A stretch of DNA of 64,000 bases from Candidatus Saccharimonadales bacterium (GTDB taxonomy: Bacteria > Patescibacteriota > Saccharimonadia > Saccharimonadales > SZUA-47): positions 6,332 to 70,331 of the forward strand of contig JBBQVE010000002.1 in NCBI GenBank assembly GCA_038211855.1, in the 5' to 3' direction. The translations under genes were made by a program, and so were the position numbers. Below are positions 61,457 through 64,000 of the stretch, in pieces. Every line of letters begins with the position of its first letter. Within the stretch, counting starts at the first letter, position 1. The notes under the pieces were generated by a model. That model saw only the letters and a program-made list of their open reading frames with translations. It had not been told where the DNA came from and searched no databases.

Positions 61457-63439
61457 ATGTTTAAAACTAGGGTCATGTTGTGCTTCACCTGCTTAGTTCT
61501 GTTGATGACTCCGGTTTTTGCGCAGGCCCAAAGCGTCTATCTCAAGGATAATTTAGGTGCCTTAGTCCAGCCAACATTACCGCCTAAAACGGTTGTATTG
61601 ACCTTTGACGACGGCCCCTCCAAATACACGCCGCAAATCTTGGCCATTTTAAAGCAAAAAAAGGTTCATGCAACGTTCTTTATAGTGGGGAACCAGGCAG
61701 TCCAGCATCCTTTTCTTAAAGAAATGTACGACGATGGCAATGAAATCGGCAACCATACTTACAGTCACCCCGATCTCACAAAGTTAGCCACATGGCGCAT
61801 GAAGCTCGAGCTTAATCTGACACGAATCATTATTAGTTCACAAATACATCATTCGACAAGGCTGTTTCGACCGCCATTTTTAGGGTCAGATGCTTTGGTG
61901 CCTGCACAATCAGCGGTGATAAACCGGGCAGCGGACTTGGGGTATGTCACCGTTGGCGAAACAATTGATTCCGAAGATTGGCGTCGGCCGGGCGCCGAGC
62001 AGATTGTTGAGAATGCATCGGCGGGTGGCGGCATAATCCTGCTTCATGATAGTGGTGGCGACCGCAGTCAAACGGTTAATGCTCTCCCTCGAATTATAGA
62101 TTTTTATCAGAGCAGTGGATTTAAGTTTGCAACAGTAGGCGAAGCGCTTGGTAGCTCCCGATCAGATGTGATGCCGGCTTTGACAAGCGGCGAACGGGCG
62201 ATTGCCCTGCTTGCCCGCGTGCTTTTAGCTGCCAGTGCAGGGATGAGCAATGGACTACGCTGGTTTATCGTCATATTGATTATTGCGAGTTTCGCGCGCT
62301 TCTTTTTGGTGATGGCAGCAGCCATCATCCAATCGCGTAGGAAAAATAAGTTTGACGGTACCTTGGAGCCGCCGGCATGCAGTATATTGATGCCGGCCTA
62401 TAACGAAGCTACCGTCATACAAAGTTGTTTGAAGTCCGTACTAGCAAGTCAGTACCCACGTTTTGAGGTGATAGTCATCGATGACGGTTCAAAGGATGCC
62501 ACTTTTGAGCTCGCCAACCAAGAACAGGACCCTCGTTTGCGGGTGCTACGAAAGGAAAACGGCGGCAAAGCTTCAGCCCTTAATCTTGGTATATCTGAGG
62601 CGCAGGCACCGATCATCATCGCGATTGATGCCGATACGGTCTTCAGGGTTGATACTGTCGCACACCTGATGCGTCATTTTGCCAACCCCAAAGTCGGGGC
62701 AGTCTCAGGCAATACAAAAATCGTCAACCGGCACACGCTGATTACCAAACTGCAGTCGATCGAATATATTGTGGGCTTTAATCTTGACCGCCGAATGGGT
62801 GATTTGCTTGATTGTATTACCGTTGTTCCGGGTGCCGTCGGCGCTTTCCGGAAGTCTTTGCTCTATACAATAGGTGGCTTTACTTTTGATACGCTTGCCG
62901 AAGACACTGATCTGACGCTGTCGATTAAGGAGACCGGCGCTAAAATTGTTTATGATTCGGAAGCTGTCGCCTTAACTGAAGCTCCGTCGACAATCGACGA
63001 TCTGCTCAAACAACGCTTCCGCTGGACGTTCGGTACCATGCAAGCTGTCTGGAAGCATAAGCGATCATTCCTTAATCCAAAAAGAGGAAGTCTGGGCTTG
63101 GTGGGCTTGCCATACTTACTGTTCTTCCAGATTATTTTTCCGCTGTTTGCACCACTCTTTGACCTGGCTTTGATCGTCGGTTTGTTGCATCATCAGTACA
63201 AACTGATGATCGTCAGCTTTGTTATTTATACTGTGGCGGATGTGGTGACCGCGGCAATTGCGCTTAAACTCGACAAAGAAAAGCTGACCAGCCTCTGGAT
63301 TTTAATTCCACAAAGGCTTTTTTACCGCCAACTGATGTACTACGTGATTGTTCGTTCATTCGTAAACGTTTTAAAAGGCCGCTTGGTACATTGGGGCAAG
63401 CTTGAGCGTAAGGGTACTGACTTGGCTAAGTTTTCGTAG
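61457..63439 (+). CDS. fusion of a NodB-type polysaccharide deacetylase and a processive family-2 glycosyltransferase (PgaC/IcaA/chitin-synthase-like)
   Basis: Signal peptide MFKTRVMLCFTCLVLLMTPVFAQA. LTFDDGPS and GNHTYSHPDL (deacetylase). ILMPAYNE, VIDDGSKD, AIDADT and QRFRW (processive GT2). C-terminal TM helices. Confidence 0.85.
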   Translation: MFKTRVMLCFTCLVLLMTPVFAQAQSVYLKDNLGALVQPTLPPKTVVLTFDDGPSKYTPQILAILKQKKVHATFFIVGNQAVQHPFLKEMYDDGNEIGNHTYSHPDLTKLATWRMKLELNLTRIIISSQIHHSTRLFRPPFLGSDALVPAQSAVINRAADLGYVTVGETIDSEDWRRPGAEQIVENASAGGGIILLHDSGGDRSQTVNALPRIIDFYQSSGFKFATVGEALGSSRSDVMPALTSGERAIALLARVLLAASAGMSNGLRWFIVILIIASFARFFLVMAAAIIQSRRKNKFDGTLEPPACSILMPAYNEATVIQSCLKSVLASQYPRFEVIVIDDGSKDATFELANQEQDPRLRVLRKENGGKASALNLGISEAQAPIIIAIDADTVFRVDTVAHLMRHFANPKVGAVSGNTKIVNRHTLITKLQSIEYIVGFNLDRRMGDLLDCITVVPGAVGAFRKSLLYTIGGFTFDTLAEDTDLTLSIKETGAKIVYDSEAVALTEAPSTIDDLLKQRFRWTFGTMQAVWKHKRSFLNPKRGSLGLVGLPYLLFFQIIFPLFAPLFDLALIVGLLHHQYKLMIVSFVIYTVADVVTAAIALKLDKEKLTSLWILIPQRLFYRQLMYYVIVRSFVNVLKGRLVHWGKLERKGTDLAKFS

Positions 63440-63902
63440 GTTGGTGGCTCTGGCCATAAGTGCTGTTGCCTGGATTTAGCGGCTTATTGGCTTGGCCGGC
63501 TGGAGTTGTTGTGGGCGTAGGTGTCGTTACTGGAGTGACAACTAGTGGCTGGCTTGTGGAGTCAGCAGGTGAGTTGGAAGCTGATTGCCCTGTCGTTGTA
63601 GATGCATTGTTTGCTGTTTGTTGCGCTGTAGGGGAAGCGCTCGATTTCGCGGACGTTGTAGTTCGCTTGGATGCGTTGGCTGCAGGTTTCGAATTAGTCG
63701 CCGATAACACGCTTGGTTGAATCGTTTTCTGCGGATTGCTGACATGGAAAGGTGATGGCAATGCAAAACCACCCCAAGCAGGAAAGTAAAGCAATGAAGC
63801 TGTCGCCAATACGCCAATAGGCACCAATACGGTAGTACTCAGCACGCCAGTGCCAAATTTAATGTGCTTCCACCGCTTGCCTGATTCATCAAGGAATATC
63901 AT
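63426..63902 (-). CDS. membrane-anchored Ser/Thr/Pro/Ala-rich protein
   Basis: The start at MIFLDESGKRWKH is preceded by TATAAT at a 6-nt spacing. One TM segment followed by a low-complexity S/T/P/A tail. Overlaps the 3' end of the synthase gene by 14 nt. Confidence 0.55.
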   Translation of the reverse strand: MIFLDESGKRWKHIKFGTGVLSTTVLVPIGVLATASLLYFPAWGGFALPSPFHVSNPQKTIQPSVLSATNSKPAANASKRTTTSAKSSASPTAQQTANNASTTTGQSASNSPADSTSQPLVVTPVTTPTPTTTPAGQANKPLNPGNSTYGQSHQPTKT

Positions 63903-64000
63903 ACAAATATTATAGCATAATAAGTAATATTTGTGAACCTGTGCGTATAAACACAAGACGAAACGTTTTACAGATAGTATTAATGTAGTTCGGACATGAG

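Noticed and set aside
1-64000. Alternative genetic code (UGA recoding), as seen in some candidate-phyla lineages
   Set aside because: TGA terminates well-defined genes at the expected lengths, for example gtrA at 12973-12975. All conserved enzymes are full length under the standard code.
1-64000. CRISPR arrays, tRNA/rRNA genes, IS elements, integrases and prophage genes
   Set aside because: I looked through every intergenic region longer than 60 bp and every ORF translation. I found no spaced direct repeats, no cloverleaf-capable sequences, and no transposase, integrase, capsid or terminase motifs. A covariance-model scan would be needed to exclude small ncRNAs.

Overview
This 64 kb window is tightly packed bacterial chromosome with about 60 protein-coding genes. 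I found no rRNA, tRNA, CRISPR array, transposase or integrase by eye. It reads cleanly under the standard code; TGA is a genuine stop, for example at 12973-12975. All functional calls come from reading motifs in the supplied translations, with no database search. The gene content suggests a small-genome monoderm such as a Saccharibacteria/TM7-like organism, but that is inference only. Supporting points are YfhO/GtrA/GtrB envelope glycosylation, an LPxxG-like C-terminal anchor, a bo-type quinol oxidase plus NDH-2 as the only respiratory enzymes, and many 4-nt gene overlaps.

Layout:
- 1-26.2 kb: a large envelope-glycan locus. It carries the dTDP-rhamnose rfbABCD genes, GDP-mannose genes, UDP-glucose dehydrogenase and UDP-xylose synthase, galE, six glycosyltransferases, a WbaP-type initiating transferase, a Wzm/Wzt ABC exporter, a coiled-coil methyltransferase, YfhO and two GtrA paralogues.
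- 26.2-39.7 kb: regulators, redox and signalling genes. These include a LexA DNA-binding-domain-only protein, an XRE regulator, a DipZ-like thiol reductant exporter, a Crp/Fnr regulator, two paralogous histidine kinases with one receiver-only response regulator, a lysA-like decarboxylase and msrA.
- 39.9-49.9 kb: one compact respiratory block (NDH-2, polyprenyl synthase, UbiA/MenA-like prenyltransferase, cyoABCDE) followed by a FAD-linked oxidase.
- 49.9-58.7 kb: an accessory stretch of hypothetical genes.
- 58.7-64 kb: an MFS transporter, an RcnR/CsoR-type repressor with a permease, and a polysaccharide deacetylase-GT2 synthase fusion.

Most interesting observations:
- A surface-protein gene (56940-57771) is split across three frames by two single-base homopolymer shifts. 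The first shift lies exactly on a dnaX-type A-AAA-AAG slippery heptamer.
- A possible non-canonical defence-like cluster (51.6-54.6 kb) is built around a DUF4868/KwaB-like gene that has no KwaA partner.
- CyoD carries a C-terminal extracytoplasmic cupredoxin-like domain that is rich in histidine and lacks the usual cysteine.
- Eleven genes share a TAnnnT hexamer 6-7 nt upstream of the ATG, which points to widespread leaderless translation.
- The lysA-like gene has an in-frame TAA at codon 13, directly after a leaderless-type start.
- A perfect 21-bp-arm palindrome sits in a divergent promoter region.
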